Shown: one piece after another, positions 38,722 to 38,922 of the stretch | How positions within the stretch are numbered: position 1 is the first letter of the stretch | Layout of the letters: every line of letters begins with the position of its first letter | DNA from: a virus | UHGV virus genome: UHGV-2190349 | Length of the DNA stretch: 38,922 bases | Strand: one strand, 5' to 3' | Program-made: the position numbers and the translations under genes | Notes under the pieces: generated by a model | Seen by the model: only the letters and a program-made list of their open reading frames with translations | Database searches by the model: none | Told to the model about the DNA's origin: nothing

Positions 38722-38922
38722 ATGCAACACGAACTACAGCCTGATTCCCTGGTTGATTTGAAATTCATCATGGCCGATACTGGCTTCGGTAAAACCTTCA
38801 TCTATGACCGGATTAAGTCCGGAGACCTGCCTAAAGCCAAAGTTATCCACGGGCGAGCAAGATGGTTATATCGTGACCATTGTGAATTCAAAAATAAGCT
38901 CTTAAGCCGCGCCAATGGGTAA
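38722..38922 (+). CDS. torI: Excisionase / recombination directionality factor (TorI-like, AlpA-type winged helix)
   Basis: 66-aa ORF ending at the window edge, immediately upstream of int in the circular map; sequence matches my recollection of KplE1 TorI. Confidence 0.75.
   Translation: MQHELQPDSLVDLKFIMADTGFGKTFIYDRIKSGDLPKAKVIHGRARWLYRDHCEFKNKLLSRANG

Overview
This window is a near-complete ~38.9 kb temperate lambdoid/P22-like prophage, running from a tyrosine integrase (1..1158, +) to a small excisionase-like gene (38722..38922, +), so the att sites should lie just outside both ends. The genome is mosaic. A minus-strand early-right/late operon runs cro -> cII -> O-like initiator -> DnaB-like helicase -> nin genes (ninB, ninE, ninF, rusA, ninH) -> Q -> lambda-type S/R/Rz/Rz1 lysis cassette -> TerS/TerL -> portal -> scaffold -> coat -> gp4/gp10/gp26/gp14/gp7/gp20/gp16-like virion proteins, then a convergent orphan mnt repressor and a tailspike. 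A plus-strand arm carries a 434-type cI, N, and early-left genes (cIII-like, Rad52-like annealing protein, HNH endonuclease, SSB, DUF551 protein). The immunity region has 434-type operators and the late control region is lambda-like. The most interesting content is three AT-rich accessory (moron) loci: (1) between int and the tailspike, an asparagine-synthetase-family PP-loop protein lacking the glutaminase Cys, followed by a translationally coupled two-gene operon whose second product opens with a UmuD-type GFPSPAxDYVEQR arm; (2) a signal-peptide protein coupled to cI in the rexAB position; (3) a 207-aa gene with its own intrinsic terminator between N and cIII. All homology statements come from recognising sequences and motifs by eye and from memory; no database search or computation was run. 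Coordinates follow the supplied ORF track, with starts adjusted to internal ATG codons that have plausible ribosome-binding sites.
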